From assembly GCA_964444175.1 (NCBI GenBank), contig CAYUFI010000005.1:1-49363 (forward strand): a stretch of 49,363 nucleotides of DNA, written 5' to 3'. This document shows, piece by piece, positions 17,659 through 27,342 of this stretch (within the stretch, counting starts at the first letter, position 1; each line of letters starts with the position of its first letter). A model generated the notes under the pieces. That model ran no database searches, was not told the DNA's origin, and worked only from the letters and a program-made list of their open reading frames with translations. This stretch comes from an uncultured Clostridiaceae bacterium. Lineage in GTDB: Bacteria > Bacillota_I > Bacilli_A > RFN20 > CAG-288. The position numbers and the translations under genes are program-made.

Positions 17659-18883
17659 ATTTCGTTAAGAAATTCTCCGTGTCGATCCGCTGGTATCCGC
17701 CGTAGGAATACTTGTACGCGTCGATCTTCTCCGTGAGATCCTTCCCTAAGAACTTCGATGTGATTTCGCTTAACTTCGCGTCCATGTCGAAATCCTTGAA
17801 CGTCTCCGGATACACCGAGGCCGCGTCGAAATACGTGTTTGCGAGCATCAGTTCCATGTTCGTGTAATAGGCGTTGTAGGCGAGCTGGAGATAGACCTTT
17901 CCTTCCTTCCAGGCCTTGACGTTGTCGAACAGGGTCGGATCTTCCTTATAAGCCGGAACGATGTTCTTCATCGCGGCCGAGTCGATAATCATCACATCCA
18001 TTTTCGGGCCGAGTTCCTCGAACTTTTCCTTCTCGAGCTTCTGGACGCCCATATTCGCGAATCCGGCATCGGAAACAATGTTGTCGATATTCGAGACCGA
18101 GAAACAAGGATAGGCATTCGAAGTCATCAGATGGTCACTCGTTCCCCAGTTGCCGAGGCCGCAGATATAGGCCTTCGGTTTTTCGGCGCTGTCCTTCGTC
18201 TTCGCGGAAATCTCCGCCTTGCAGGTATCGACATAGCTCAGGATTCCTTCGGCGCGTTCTTCCTTAGCGAACACCTTTCCGAGAAGTTCGAACGACGCCT
18301 TCGTCTTGTCGTCGAAGACGCCTTTCGTCCCGAAGTTGAGCGTAATGACCGGAACACCGATTTGTTTCTGCAGAGCGTTCGCCTTATCGACGTCCTCGTA
18401 TTCCGAGACGACGATGTCCGGGGCGCAGTTCAGGATCTTCTCCGGTTCGGCCGCCTGGGCCTTCGGTCCGCCTACGCCGCAGGAAGGAAGCTTCTGAAAA
18501 TCTTCCTCGTGCGCGATGAGATACGGTCTAGCGACCCCGTCGAACATCTTCGGACGGTTCGAAAGCGCGGTGTTGTCGATATCCTCGACGCCGGCTAACA
18601 GCGCGGTGTCCCCGACATAGGAATACATACGTAACGCGCCCGCGCCGATACAGACGACCTTCTTGTAGGATCCCGGCATCACTTCGACCGAACGCCCATT
18701 CGCGTCAACGACCGTGACGACGGTTTTTATAGAGGAAACTTCGGAGCTTTCTTTCGAAACGGCTTCTGATTGAACGGAAAATTCCTCTAAAGAGGCTTCC
18801 GAACGGACGGAGCTTCCATAGTTAGCGCAGGAGGCGAGAAGCGTTAAGGACAAAAGGCACGATCGTAAAATCTTCTTTTTCAT
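17648..18883 (-). CDS. ABC transporter substrate-binding lipoprotein (siderophore/corrinoid/haem-type, cluster A)
   Basis: 411 aa. Signal peptide with lipobox LTLLASC, and a Ser/Glu-rich linker. Lies in an operon with a FecCD permease and a FepC-like ATPase. Confidence 0.8.
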   Translation of the reverse strand: MKKKILRSCLLSLTLLASCANYGSSVRSEASLEEFSVQSEAVSKESSEVSSIKTVVTVVDANGRSVEVMPGSYKKVVCIGAGALRMYSYVGDTALLAGVEDIDNTALSNRPKMFDGVARPYLIAHEEDFQKLPSCGVGGPKAQAAEPEKILNCAPDIVVSEYEDVDKANALQKQIGVPVITLNFGTKGVFDDKTKASFELLGKVFAKEERAEGILSYVDTCKAEISAKTKDSAEKPKAYICGLGNWGTSDHLMTSNAYPCFSVSNIDNIVSDAGFANMGVQKLEKEKFEELGPKMDVMIIDSAAMKNIVPAYKEDPTLFDNVKAWKEGKVYLQLAYNAYYTNMELMLANTYFDAASVYPETFKDFDMDAKLSEITSKFLGKDLTEKIDAYKYSYGGYQRIDTENFLTKYAA

Positions 18884-18898
18884 ATACTTCCTTTCTTT

Positions 18899-19660
18899 TT
18901 AAGCGTTTTTAGAAACGGCGAAGTGTTCGAATAAGAACGAGAACCGTTCATCGTCCTTTCCGATCGAATACGTGTCCAGCAGATCTTCGAGGACGACGTC
19001 TTTTTTTCTCTTGAAAAGGAGACGGCCGTTCTTCATAAAGAGGAAATAATCCCCTTCCTTCAAAGCGAAGCGGACATCGTGGATGCTGAGCAAGACGCTT
19101 ACGTCCCTCTTCTTGGCGAGAGAAGCGATTTCGTCGAGGACGAGAACCTGGTTCTTCAGATCCAGGTTCGAGATTGGCTCGTCGCATAAGATCACCTTCG
19201 GACGGGAGACTAAGGCCCTGGCGACGGCGACTTTCTGTCTTTCCCCTCCGGAGAGTTCGTCCGTGTTCCTTAAGGCAAAATCCTTCAGGTTCAGTAAGTC
19301 CAGCACCTTCTCGACTTCCTCTTCGTCCTTTTTGGTCTTGATGATCCCGAAGGAGGGAAGACGGCCTAAGAGCACCGCGTCGTAGACATTGAGCGATCCA
19401 AAGCTCACCTGCTGGGGGATATAGGCGATTTCCCTCGCTTTCTCGGCCGGGGACATGGTCGAGAGGTCCTTCCCGTCCACGAGCTTCTCCCCTTCCGAAC
19501 GGATCGTCCCGAGGAGGGCTTTGAACAGGGTGGTCTTGCCCGCTCCGTTCGCTCCCAATAAGACGCCGACCGATTGGGAAGGAAGCGTGAACGATACGTC
19601 CTTGACCGCCGCGTCCCTCTTTTTTCCGTAAGACGCGGTGAGATGCCTTACTTCAATCAT
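18899..19660 (-). CDS. ABC transporter ATP-binding protein (FepC/FecE type)
   Basis: 253 aa. Walker A GANGAGKTT, signature LSGGERQ, Walker B VILCDEP. ATGA overlap with the permease stop. Confidence 0.9.
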   Translation of the reverse strand: MIEVRHLTASYGKKRDAAVKDVSFTLPSQSVGVLLGANGAGKTTLFKALLGTIRSEGEKLVDGKDLSTMSPAEKAREIAYIPQQVSFGSLNVYDAVLLGRLPSFGIIKTKKDEEEVEKVLDLLNLKDFALRNTDELSGGERQKVAVARALVSRPKVILCDEPISNLDLKNQVLVLDEIASLAKKRDVSVLLSIHDVRFALKEGDYFLFMKNGRLLFKRKKDVVLEDLLDTYSIGKDDERFSFLFEHFAVSKNA

Positions 19661-20727
19661 ATCTGGCTCTCCTTGGTCGTGAAGAGGATATAGAGGAAGA
19701 ACGGCGCTCCGAGCATAGCCGTAATCGCCCCGACCGGCAGGGACGCTCCTCTTCCGATCGTCCGCGAGAGCGTGTCCGATAAGACGAGCAGGACCGTCCC
19801 GGAGAAGAACGAGGCCGGAATCAGGAGGCGGTGGTCATTTCCCAAGAATCTCTTCATCACGTGCGGGCAGATGATCCCGACGAACCCGATGATGCCGTAG
19901 AACGAAACGACCAGGGCCGTGATAAGGGAAGCGTAGAGCAAGGAAACGAAGCGCAGGAGCTTCACTTTCACTCCGAGGCTCTCCGCGTAAGTCTCCCCGG
20001 CGAGGAGGGCGTTATATTTCCACGAGAGGAGGAAGAAGAGGACGAATCCGGCCAAGACCGTTCCGATCAGCAGGTAGTCGCCCGCCCAAGTAGCCCTTGA
20101 AAGGTCACCGAAGCTCCACATGACCATCGCGCTGAGTCCGATGTCGGTCGCAAAATATTCGAGCAAAGTCGTCCCGGCGTTCCAGATGACGCCGAGGGCG
20201 ATTCCGGATAAGACCAGGGAGCTCGGGGAGAAGGAGCGGATTCTGCCTAGTCCCAGGATTGCGAGCGTGCTCAGGGCGGAAAAGACGAACGCCATCATCG
20301 AAATCAGATACGGATTGTACGTCGAGAAGACCGAATTCACGTTGCCGGAGAAGGAAGTGAAGCCTCCCGCGAGAAGGATCATCATCAGATTCGCCCCGAA
20401 GACCGCCGCGTTCGAAACGCCTAAGGTCGACGGGGAAGCCATGATGTTCCCTAACGTCGTCTGCATGATCAGGCCGGACAGAGCCAGCCCCGCCCCGGCG
20501 AAGTACGCCGCGACGACCCGCGGGAGGCGGATCTGGCGCATGATTCTCGCGACCGGTCCGGACGCGTTTCCGAAGAGCCCGTTCCACATCTCGGAAAAGG
20601 AATACGAGGAAGATCCGGCGAAAAGCGAAAAGAAAAAAAGGACGAGCGAGAGCGCTCCGGTCAAAACGATGAAGAGAATCTTCCTTTTACGGGATTCCTT
20701 ATATGAAAGAGCCTGTCCCCTTCTCAT
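19657..20727 (-). CDS. FecCD-family ABC transporter permease
   Basis: 356 aa, about 9-10 hydrophobic helices. Typical FecCD features (RLPRV, GIIGFVGLI-like segment). Confidence 0.88.
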   Translation of the reverse strand: MRRGQALSYKESRKRKILFIVLTGALSLVLFFFSLFAGSSSYSFSEMWNGLFGNASGPVARIMRQIRLPRVVAAYFAGAGLALSGLIMQTTLGNIMASPSTLGVSNAAVFGANLMMILLAGGFTSFSGNVNSVFSTYNPYLISMMAFVFSALSTLAILGLGRIRSFSPSSLVLSGIALGVIWNAGTTLLEYFATDIGLSAMVMWSFGDLSRATWAGDYLLIGTVLAGFVLFFLLSWKYNALLAGETYAESLGVKVKLLRFVSLLYASLITALVVSFYGIIGFVGIICPHVMKRFLGNDHRLLIPASFFSGTVLLVLSDTLSRTIGRGASLPVGAITAMLGAPFFLYILFTTKESQI

Positions 20728-20856
20728 GATTCACCCGAATATTCTAACATTGAATCATTTTATCGAACAATATAGATTAAAAGATTCGGAAACTTTAATG
20801 AAATTAGAGAACATATTGTATACTATTGTTTAGAAATAACGGAGGAACGTACGGAA

Positions 20857-21405
20857 ATGGACGCGCGGATCATCAAGACGAAAGAAAGTCTCAGGGAAGC
20901 CCTCTGCGGGCTTTTGAAAGAAAAGCCCGACGGCAAGATCAAGGTCGAGGAACTGCTCGAAAAAAGCGGGATTTCCCGCTCGACGTTCTACGCGCACTAC
21001 AAGACCGTCGACGACCTGGTCGCCTCGATTTCGGACGACATCTTCCGCCACGTCTTCTCGCATTCCTTGAAGAGCGAAAAGACGCACGATTTCTCGCACA
21101 CGTCCATCTTCGACACGTCGAACCTCATCACGCACGTCCTCTACCACCTGCAGGAAGAGAAGGAACTGATCCGCGCGGTCCTGCTCTCGAAATACGCCCC
21201 GATCTTCTCGGAGAAGTTCCGCGAGGAATTCCGCCCGATCGCTTCTTCTTTCTCCTCCCTTCATCCCCACGAGAACATCCCTCTATCCCTCGAAATAGAA
21301 AAAACGACCGAGGATTTCCTCCTGACCCTGAATTACTGGATCAGTCAGGATTTCTCTCAGTCGCCCCAAGAAATCGGCACGATTTACTTTGCTCTGATTC
21401 AATAG
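20857..21405 (+). CDS. TetR family transcriptional regulator (divergent from the ABC operon)
   Basis: 182 aa. ACGGAGGAA RBS. HTH: KVEELLEKSGISRSTFYAHYKTVDDL. Confidence 0.8.
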   Translation: MDARIIKTKESLREALCGLLKEKPDGKIKVEELLEKSGISRSTFYAHYKTVDDLVASISDDIFRHVFSHSLKSEKTHDFSHTSIFDTSNLITHVLYHLQEEKELIRAVLLSKYAPIFSEKFREEFRPIASSFSSLHPHENIPLSLEIEKTTEDFLLTLNYWISQDFSQSPQEIGTIYFALIQ

Positions 21406-21411
21406 TCTTTT

Positions 21412-21987
21412 TTAGAAACGGCAGGCGTACGTCTCCGTGAACGGAACGCCGTTCTCGTCTTTCTCGTTCTCGTAAATCGGTTTCCCGTTGAAGTCCCTGA
21501 GCCAGACGATTTTCCCGGTCTTACGCGTCTCTTTAACGTCGATGACGCGCTGGTTCGCCGAGCCTCTCCACTTCAGCTTGGACGGTCCCGGATTCAGTTC
21601 TTCGATGTACGGCCCGTCCACGAGGACGTCGATATACTTCATCATCTCGAGGTTTTTGATTTCCTCGTAGAGGAAGCCCGTGTAGACCCAGATGTCCTTA
21701 GAAGGATAATTCGTCTTGATCCACTTCATCAGGGCCGAAGCGTCGTCTCTAGAAGAAGGGAAGGTCGCTTCCCCGCCGGAGAAAGTCACGCCGCGGATTT
21801 CCTTGCGGTCGAGCTGGTTCCGGAGTTCGTCGTAGACCCAGTCCCCGAGCTCTCTTCCCGTGTCTGGGGACCACGTCTCCGGATTCTGACAGCCTTTGCA
21901 GTGATGGGTGCAGCCAGCGCACCAGATGACCGTGCGCAGTCCGGCCCCGTTCACCATGTTGTTGTGGTCAATGCGGATGATGTTCAT
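21412..21987 (-). CDS. nrdG: Anaerobic ribonucleoside-triphosphate reductase activating protein (radical SAM)
   Basis: 191 aa. Cys cluster CAGCTHHCKGC. Sits 4 nt downstream of nrdD. Confidence 0.88.
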   Translation of the reverse strand: MNIIRIDHNNMVNGAGLRTVIWCAGCTHHCKGCQNPETWSPDTGRELGDWVYDELRNQLDRKEIRGVTFSGGEATFPSSRDDASALMKWIKTNYPSKDIWVYTGFLYEEIKNLEMMKYIDVLVDGPYIEELNPGPSKLKWRGSANQRVIDVKETRKTGKIVWLRDFNGKPIYENEKDENGVPFTETYACRF

Positions 21988-21991
21988 AATC

Positions 21992-24262
21992 CTACATGGA
22001 TTTCCGGTCGTGGATCTCCGCCATCTTGGCGTCGTTCATCTTGGTCGATCCGGCGACCTTCGAATACCCGAGATACCCGCAGACGCGGTTGATCTCGGTG
22101 ATGTTGTCACTCTTGCAGTGCGGGCAGGTCTTGATGTCGTCGTCGACTTCCGTCCCGCAGTCGTTGCAGTACGACTTCTCGATGTTGACCCCGAAGTAGA
22201 ACCCGAGCTTCATCGCGCGCTCCACGCACTGGCTGATATAGTCCAGGTTCATGCCGGAAGCGAAGCGGCAGTACTGGATGTGTCCGCCGGAAGCGACGTG
22301 GAAATAACGGAATTCCGCGTCCTGCTTCTCGAACGGGGTGATGTCCTCGGAGACGTGCATGTGGAACGAATTCGTGAAATACGCGCGGTCGGAAACGTTC
22401 TTGATGACGCCGTACTTCTTCTTGAACTGCTCGAGCTGCGTCCCGCAGAGGGATTCCGCCGGCGTCCCGTAGAGGGCCGCGATGTACTTCGTCCCGTCCT
22501 TCTTCCAGTTCCGCTTCTTGTTTTCGACGTAGTCGATGATGTACTTCAGGACCTTATAAGCGAACGCGTCCGGATTGTTCCTCTCCTGATAGAGGGAATG
22601 CCCGTTGTAGAGTTCCTGCACTTCGTTCAGGGCCGTGAACCCGTAGGAGAACGTGGCCTTGTCGACGTCGCGCGCGATCGTGTCCGAAGGCTTCAAGGTA
22701 TCGAACCCGCCCTGACAGAACGCCACCGGGTTAATCGAAGCGTGCAACTTGCATAAGAAATCGTACGTCTTGTTGTGCAGACCGTCGATCATGTCGAGGT
22801 AATACTTCAGGACTTCGAAGAAATCCTTATTTTCCAGCTGCGCCTTCCGTAAAATCATCGGCAGGTTCAGCGAAATCGCCCCGCCGTTGAAACGTCCGGT
22901 AAATATAGGCGTATCGTTTTCGTCCGCCGGCGCGAGTCCTCCTCTCTTGTAGAGCGGGGAAAGGTACGCGCGGCAGCCCATCGGGGAAATGATCGCGTCG
23001 ACCCATTCCGGATTCTCGTGAACGTTCCCGTCCTCGCCGAGGATCCAGCGGGAAACCCCGAACTTATGGTACTTGTGGAACACCTGCGCGATCGCCGGAT
23101 CCACACGAACCTTCGAAGACTCCTCGACGATGGTCTCGTCCGGCTCGTCCAGAGACAGCCAGTCCGGATACATCGCCTTGCCGGAGCATTCGATGCCTTC
23201 CTGATAGAGCCAGTGCAGCTTCTTTCCCTCGGCGTGCAGTTCCTTCGTGTAAAGGAACACCAGCTTCGGGAAGATCGCCGGGCGCTTATGGCCTTTGTGG
23301 CCCTGTCCGTTCTTGCGGACGGAAAGGCAGACCGACCACACGAGCGAACCGAACCTCGATTCGTCGCAGCCGCCGGTGAACGTCGTGAACGGATAGTCCC
23401 CGCGGCTGGAAGCGACCGTGTTGAACGTGTGCTCGAAACCCTGGAATCCCTGCTCAAGGTCGCGCTTCGTGCGCTGGAAAGCGAATTCGTCCGCCTTTTC
23501 CTCCGAGTAAGTCCCCTGAACCGATTCGACCAGTTCCCGGTATTCTTTCTTATATTTCAGATACGATTTCTCGGCGTACGGGGCCAGCACCGAATCGATT
23601 TCCGGAACCGTGAACCCGCCGTACTGCATCGCGGCGCAGTTCAGCGTCAGGTCCGAAATCAGGTTGCACGCGGTCCTGACGTCCTTCGGCTCATTGTATC
23701 CGATGTTCTCCCATTCGAACCCGCCCTGCAGGACTCTTCCCATGTCGAAGAGGCAGCAGTTGTAAGTCAAAAGTCTCGAGGAAATGTCGTGGATATAGAT
23801 ATATCCGTCATTTTCCGCCTGTTTTTCCTCGTTTGAAAGGAATGTCGACATGTAGAGCTGTTTCGAGAACGCGTTGTACGTCAGCGTCCTTCTCGTCGAG
23901 ACCAGAGCGGACGTCGTGTTGGCGTTGGAGCGGTCCGCCGTGAAGTTCAGCTGGTCCACGGTCTTAATCGTCTCGTCCATCATGCGGACGAATTCGGTCT
24001 TGTAGTTCCTGTAGTCGCGGTACGACTTCGCCACGGCCGGATCGATCTGGTCCAGTCCCATCTCGACGAAAGAATGCATCTGGGGAACCGTGAAGTTCTC
24101 CCCGCCGTCCTTCTTCATTTCCGCGAGGACGATCTCTTCCATCTTCTTCCATTGCTCGTCCGTGAAGCGGACGTTCACGCGGTCCGCCGACTTCGTGCAG
24201 GCCACCTTGATCTTGTTGAAATCGAAATCGACCAGACGGCCGTCTTTCTTAATGATTTTCAT
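21992..24262 (-). CDS. nrdD: Anaerobic ribonucleoside-triphosphate reductase (class III)
   Basis: 756 aa. ATP-cone N-terminus (IIKKDGRLVDFDFNKI), C-terminal Zn ribbon CNDCG..CPHC, and glycyl-radical motif RVCGYLG. Confidence 0.95.
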   Translation of the reverse strand: MKIIKKDGRLVDFDFNKIKVACTKSADRVNVRFTDEQWKKMEEIVLAEMKKDGGENFTVPQMHSFVEMGLDQIDPAVAKSYRDYRNYKTEFVRMMDETIKTVDQLNFTADRSNANTTSALVSTRRTLTYNAFSKQLYMSTFLSNEEKQAENDGYIYIHDISSRLLTYNCCLFDMGRVLQGGFEWENIGYNEPKDVRTACNLISDLTLNCAAMQYGGFTVPEIDSVLAPYAEKSYLKYKKEYRELVESVQGTYSEEKADEFAFQRTKRDLEQGFQGFEHTFNTVASSRGDYPFTTFTGGCDESRFGSLVWSVCLSVRKNGQGHKGHKRPAIFPKLVFLYTKELHAEGKKLHWLYQEGIECSGKAMYPDWLSLDEPDETIVEESSKVRVDPAIAQVFHKYHKFGVSRWILGEDGNVHENPEWVDAIISPMGCRAYLSPLYKRGGLAPADENDTPIFTGRFNGGAISLNLPMILRKAQLENKDFFEVLKYYLDMIDGLHNKTYDFLCKLHASINPVAFCQGGFDTLKPSDTIARDVDKATFSYGFTALNEVQELYNGHSLYQERNNPDAFAYKVLKYIIDYVENKKRNWKKDGTKYIAALYGTPAESLCGTQLEQFKKKYGVIKNVSDRAYFTNSFHMHVSEDITPFEKQDAEFRYFHVASGGHIQYCRFASGMNLDYISQCVERAMKLGFYFGVNIEKSYCNDCGTEVDDDIKTCPHCKSDNITEINRVCGYLGYSKVAGSTKMNDAKMAEIHDRKSM

Positions 24263-24553
24263 GACGTATACCCCCGATTCGGACCCCTGTTTCCCAAGGG
24301 GAAATTCCGTTTCCCCGGAAAAGAGGGAGTAATTAAAAAGATACTAGCCCTCCGACCCGCTTTCAAGCGAAACGCCCCGCCTTCCGAGCACAAAAAAACG
24401 AACCCCAGACCCGGTTCCCTCTTCCGCCAAAGCTTCCGTTTCAAAAGGAAAATTCAATCTTTTCCTAAAAGGATTGCATCCGTTAAAACGGTCCAGCTAG
24501 GATTTCCCGCATCTTTTCCCAAGAGGCATTTGAGCAAGAAAAATTCTGTTCAG

Positions 24554-24990
24554 ATGATTCAAAAGGGAAGTATCGGCCTGTCAAACGAAATGAGTTTCGT
24601 AGAGGACTGGATCTTTTATAAAAAAGGAAACGAAGAGGAAAAGACGAGCTGAAGACCGGCCTGTAGGAAGGGCATTTATCCGCGAAGACAGAAAAGAAGA
24701 CGTATAAAAAGGACGGATACGTCTTCGTATCCGTTTCGATCGTCCATAAGGAAGGAGAGCTTTTACCGACTCTTTCGTCCGACGTCCGCGTCCATTCGAT
24801 TGAGAACGGGAGCCTCGTCCGGTTCGGCAATTCCGCCCCTTACACGAAAAAGGATTTCTTCGACGGCGCGGGAAAAACCTATTACGGAAGGATCCTTCTC
24901 ATCGCAAAACCCCGGATGGCGGGGAAACTCCGCGTCCGCTTTTCTTCCGGTTACAGAAGCTATGAAGCGGAAACGGACATCGAAGACGGA
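24554..24990 (+). pseudogene. Decayed remnant of a GH2-like glycosidase gene (N-terminal ~32 codons joined to ~100 C-terminal codons)
   Basis: 24554-24652 reads MIQKGSIGLSNEMSFVEDWIFYKKGNEEEKTS*, which resembles the GH2 N-terminal L..W.F pattern. A second frame, open from 24667, reads KKDGYVFVSVSIVHKEGELLPTLSSDVRVHSIENGSLVRFGNSAPYTKKDFFDGAGKTYYGRILLIAKPRMAGKLRVRFSSGYRSYEAETDI, which resembles the Ig-like C-terminal domain of GH2 beta-galactosidases. That frame has no start codon. The call rests on pattern recall only. Confidence 0.35.
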
Positions 24991-24994
24991 TCCT

Positions 24995-25735
24995 TTAACC
25001 GTTCTTCCTTAAATAATCCACGGCTTCCGCGACGGAATCCACGAGGACGTCCACGCGTTCTTTGACGTAGTCCTCGCTCGCGTTGAACGAGAAAGACGGG
25101 GAAGCTTCTTCGAGCATGCTCAAGTCGTTCCGCGCGTCACCGATCGCGGCGACCTTCCCGAATCCGTAGATCTTCTTCAGTTCCTTCACGGCGTTGCCCT
25201 TGGAGCAGCCGTAGGCTTCCGTATCGACGAACGGGCCGTTCTGATACGCGTTGATGTATCCTTTGTAATCCGCGTTGATTTCCTCGCAGATTTTTCTCGC
25301 GGCCAGATCGTTTTCGGTTAAGAAGGAGATGCCGCAGATGCCTTCGGTCAAATCCGACACAGTCGAAAAATCCTGCCTCACGCCTTCGCCGTAGGCGGCG
25401 TGGGAATAGAAGTCGAAACCGGTGTTGAACGCCAGGAAGGGATATCTCTTTCCGTACGTCTCGAAGAGCTTTTCCGCCTTTTCGAGCGGGACCGTCTTCC
25501 GGTAAAGGACGTTTCCTTCTCCGTCCGTGATGAGCGCCCCGGTCGCGTTGATGAAGAAATCGCAGCGGATCCTTTCGCCGAGGGCAACAGTCGTCCCGTT
25601 CCTGCTCCGCCCGGTGCAGATGCCGAAGAGGTTTCCTTCTTTCTGAAAGGACGAGACCGCCTCAAGGTCTTTTTCATGAAACCCGTCCTGGAAATGGAGG
25701 GTGTTGTCGAAATCGCTTAAGAGAATCTTTTTCAT
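24995..25735 (-). CDS. Cof-type HAD family hydrolase
   Basis: 246 aa from ATG 25735. LSDFDNTL (DxD), CTGR and GDARNDLSM motifs. Confidence 0.8.
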   Translation of the reverse strand: MKKILLSDFDNTLHFQDGFHEKDLEAVSSFQKEGNLFGICTGRSRNGTTVALGERIRCDFFINATGALITDGEGNVLYRKTVPLEKAEKLFETYGKRYPFLAFNTGFDFYSHAAYGEGVRQDFSTVSDLTEGICGISFLTENDLAARKICEEINADYKGYINAYQNGPFVDTEAYGCSKGNAVKELKKIYGFGKVAAIGDARNDLSMLEEASPSFSFNASEDYVKERVDVLVDSVAEAVDYLRKNG

Positions 25736-25838
25736 ACGGCTTATTATACAGAAGGAAAAAAGAAAGAGAGACATTACCGGGCGGAAAAGCCCGATTTTAG
25801 GACATTTTTTTCAAATCCGCATAGGGGAATATATTATA

Positions 25839-27176
25839 ATGGGGCTTAGAAAGCGCAGAACAATGAACTTCAGCGATTTTGATTCGAATCCGGTACCGAT
25901 TTTTGTAATAGATGTCCCGACCCGCCACTTCGTCTATATGAACGAAGCGGCTAAGAAGTTTTTCAACGTCCCGGAAAAAACCGACATCGCGTCTTTCACC
26001 TGCCACAAGCTCGCGCATAACCGCGATGAAATCTGCCCGGACTGCAAGCTCGTCGACGCCAAGGCCGGATACCAGATCGCTTTCGGACGCTACAACCACA
26101 CTTTGGAAAAATATCTCCGCCACCATTCCTTATATTTTAAGAGCGGAGGAAAGGACTATACGTTCAACGTCATTTCCGGCGAGGGCATTGAAGACGACAT
26201 CTACAAGGCCCTCGAGAAACTCGAGAGCGCCGAGCATTCGATCAACAGCGCAGTGGCCAAGGCCCTGCAGCAGGAAAATTACGACAATTCGATCCGCGTC
26301 CTGATTAGGGAAGTGGCGGAAAAATACGGCTGCAACCGCGCGTACCTGATGGAGCAGTGCAACCACGAATATTTCAGCGACACCTACGAGTGGTGCAGAG
26401 AAGGCGTCCCGTCCGTAGCGGGGTATTTCGAGTACATGCCTTATCAGGAGACACTCGAGCACAATCTGAAACTCTACGGGGACAGGAACTACGTCTATCT
26501 GAAAACCGAGGATTACCGCGGATATTCCGAGGAAATGTACCAGGAACTCACCGCGGCGAACGTCTATTCGAGCGTTTCGAGCCCGCTATACAATCCGGCG
26601 AACGGGGAATTCATCGGGGCGGTCGGATTCGACGACCCGAAGGACGATAAGCTCGGCTACATCTACAACATCCTGCCGATTTTAGCGAAGTTCCTGACCC
26701 TTTTCATCACGCAGAGGGAGAACCAGAAGAAGAACTACTCCCTGAGCTTCGAGGACCAGCTGACGGGAGTCATGAACCGCCACGCGCTCTACCGTTTCCT
26801 CAACGAGCATCCGGACAGGAAGTTCACCTATTATTATTTCGACATCAACGAACTGAAGAAGGGCAACGACCTCTACGGGCACGCCTACGGGGACAAGATG
26901 ATCCAGAACGCGGCCCGTTCGATCAGCGAGCTCTTCGGGCGTTCCCGCGTGTTCCGCATGGGCGGGGACGAATTCCTGGCGATCCACGACGAGATCGGGC
27001 CGCAGGACATCTTGCGCCTAGATTACCAGCTCGGGGACATCTTCCACAGGAATCTGGTCTCGATTTCTTTCGGCCACATGACCGGAAAGGGCGGGGAAAA
27101 GGAATTCGACGCGCTTTTCGCCTCCCTCGACAAGGAAATGTACAAGGCCAAGAAGATTTACCACAACATCGTCTGA
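25839..27176 (+). CDS. Diguanylate cyclase with N-terminal PAS-like and GAF-like sensor regions
   Basis: 445 aa from ATG 25839 (alternative start at 25863). The C-terminal GGDEF domain contains LTGVMNRH, YGHAYGD and RMGGDEFLAI. Confidence 0.8.
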   Translation: MGLRKRRTMNFSDFDSNPVPIFVIDVPTRHFVYMNEAAKKFFNVPEKTDIASFTCHKLAHNRDEICPDCKLVDAKAGYQIAFGRYNHTLEKYLRHHSLYFKSGGKDYTFNVISGEGIEDDIYKALEKLESAEHSINSAVAKALQQENYDNSIRVLIREVAEKYGCNRAYLMEQCNHEYFSDTYEWCREGVPSVAGYFEYMPYQETLEHNLKLYGDRNYVYLKTEDYRGYSEEMYQELTAANVYSSVSSPLYNPANGEFIGAVGFDDPKDDKLGYIYNILPILAKFLTLFITQRENQKKNYSLSFEDQLTGVMNRHALYRFLNEHPDRKFTYYYFDINELKKGNDLYGHAYGDKMIQNAARSISELFGRSRVFRMGGDEFLAIHDEIGPQDILRLDYQLGDIFHRNLVSISFGHMTGKGGEKEFDALFASLDKEMYKAKKIYHNIV

Positions 27177-27342
27177 GTCCGTCCTAAAAGACAGAAGTCT
27201 TTTTTCACTTTTATTCAAACTTTTGATGATTGGTTTTCTTTCTCTTGGATTGCATTTGTGAGAACCGAAAGCGGGTTTTCTCTTGCGGGGAGATTTCTTT
27301 TCCCGCGCGGGTCGTTTTAAAATAGAAACAGAGGAAAAAAAC

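Noticed and set aside
20810-20830. Imperfect dyad around GTATAC in the ABC/TetR divergent promoter region, as a TetR operator.
   Set aside because: Only the central 6 bp and 2 of 5 flanking positions are symmetric. This is too weak to call.
24263-24480. Search for NrdR boxes (16-bp A/T-centred palindromes) upstream of nrdD.
   Set aside because: I found no acaCwAtATaTwGtgt-like palindrome by eye. Only a weak AGGAAAA/TTTTCCT hairpin is present, so no call is made.
24640-24665. B12-box-like string (gctgaagaccggcc) suggesting a cobalamin riboswitch near nrdD.
   Set aside because: It is on the plus strand, pointing away from nrdD, with no downstream gene. The other conserved cobalamin-riboswitch core elements are absent, and it lies at the junction of the GH2-like remnant.
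24697-24740. Two mutually exclusive hairpins (gaagacgtat/atacgtcttc and acggatacg/cgtatccgt) that looked like a terminator/antiterminator switch.
   Set aside because: They lie inside the startless GH2-like coding remnant. They are about 430 nt from the nrdD start and about 260 nt past the HAD stop. With no associated leader features, they are more likely fortuitous.
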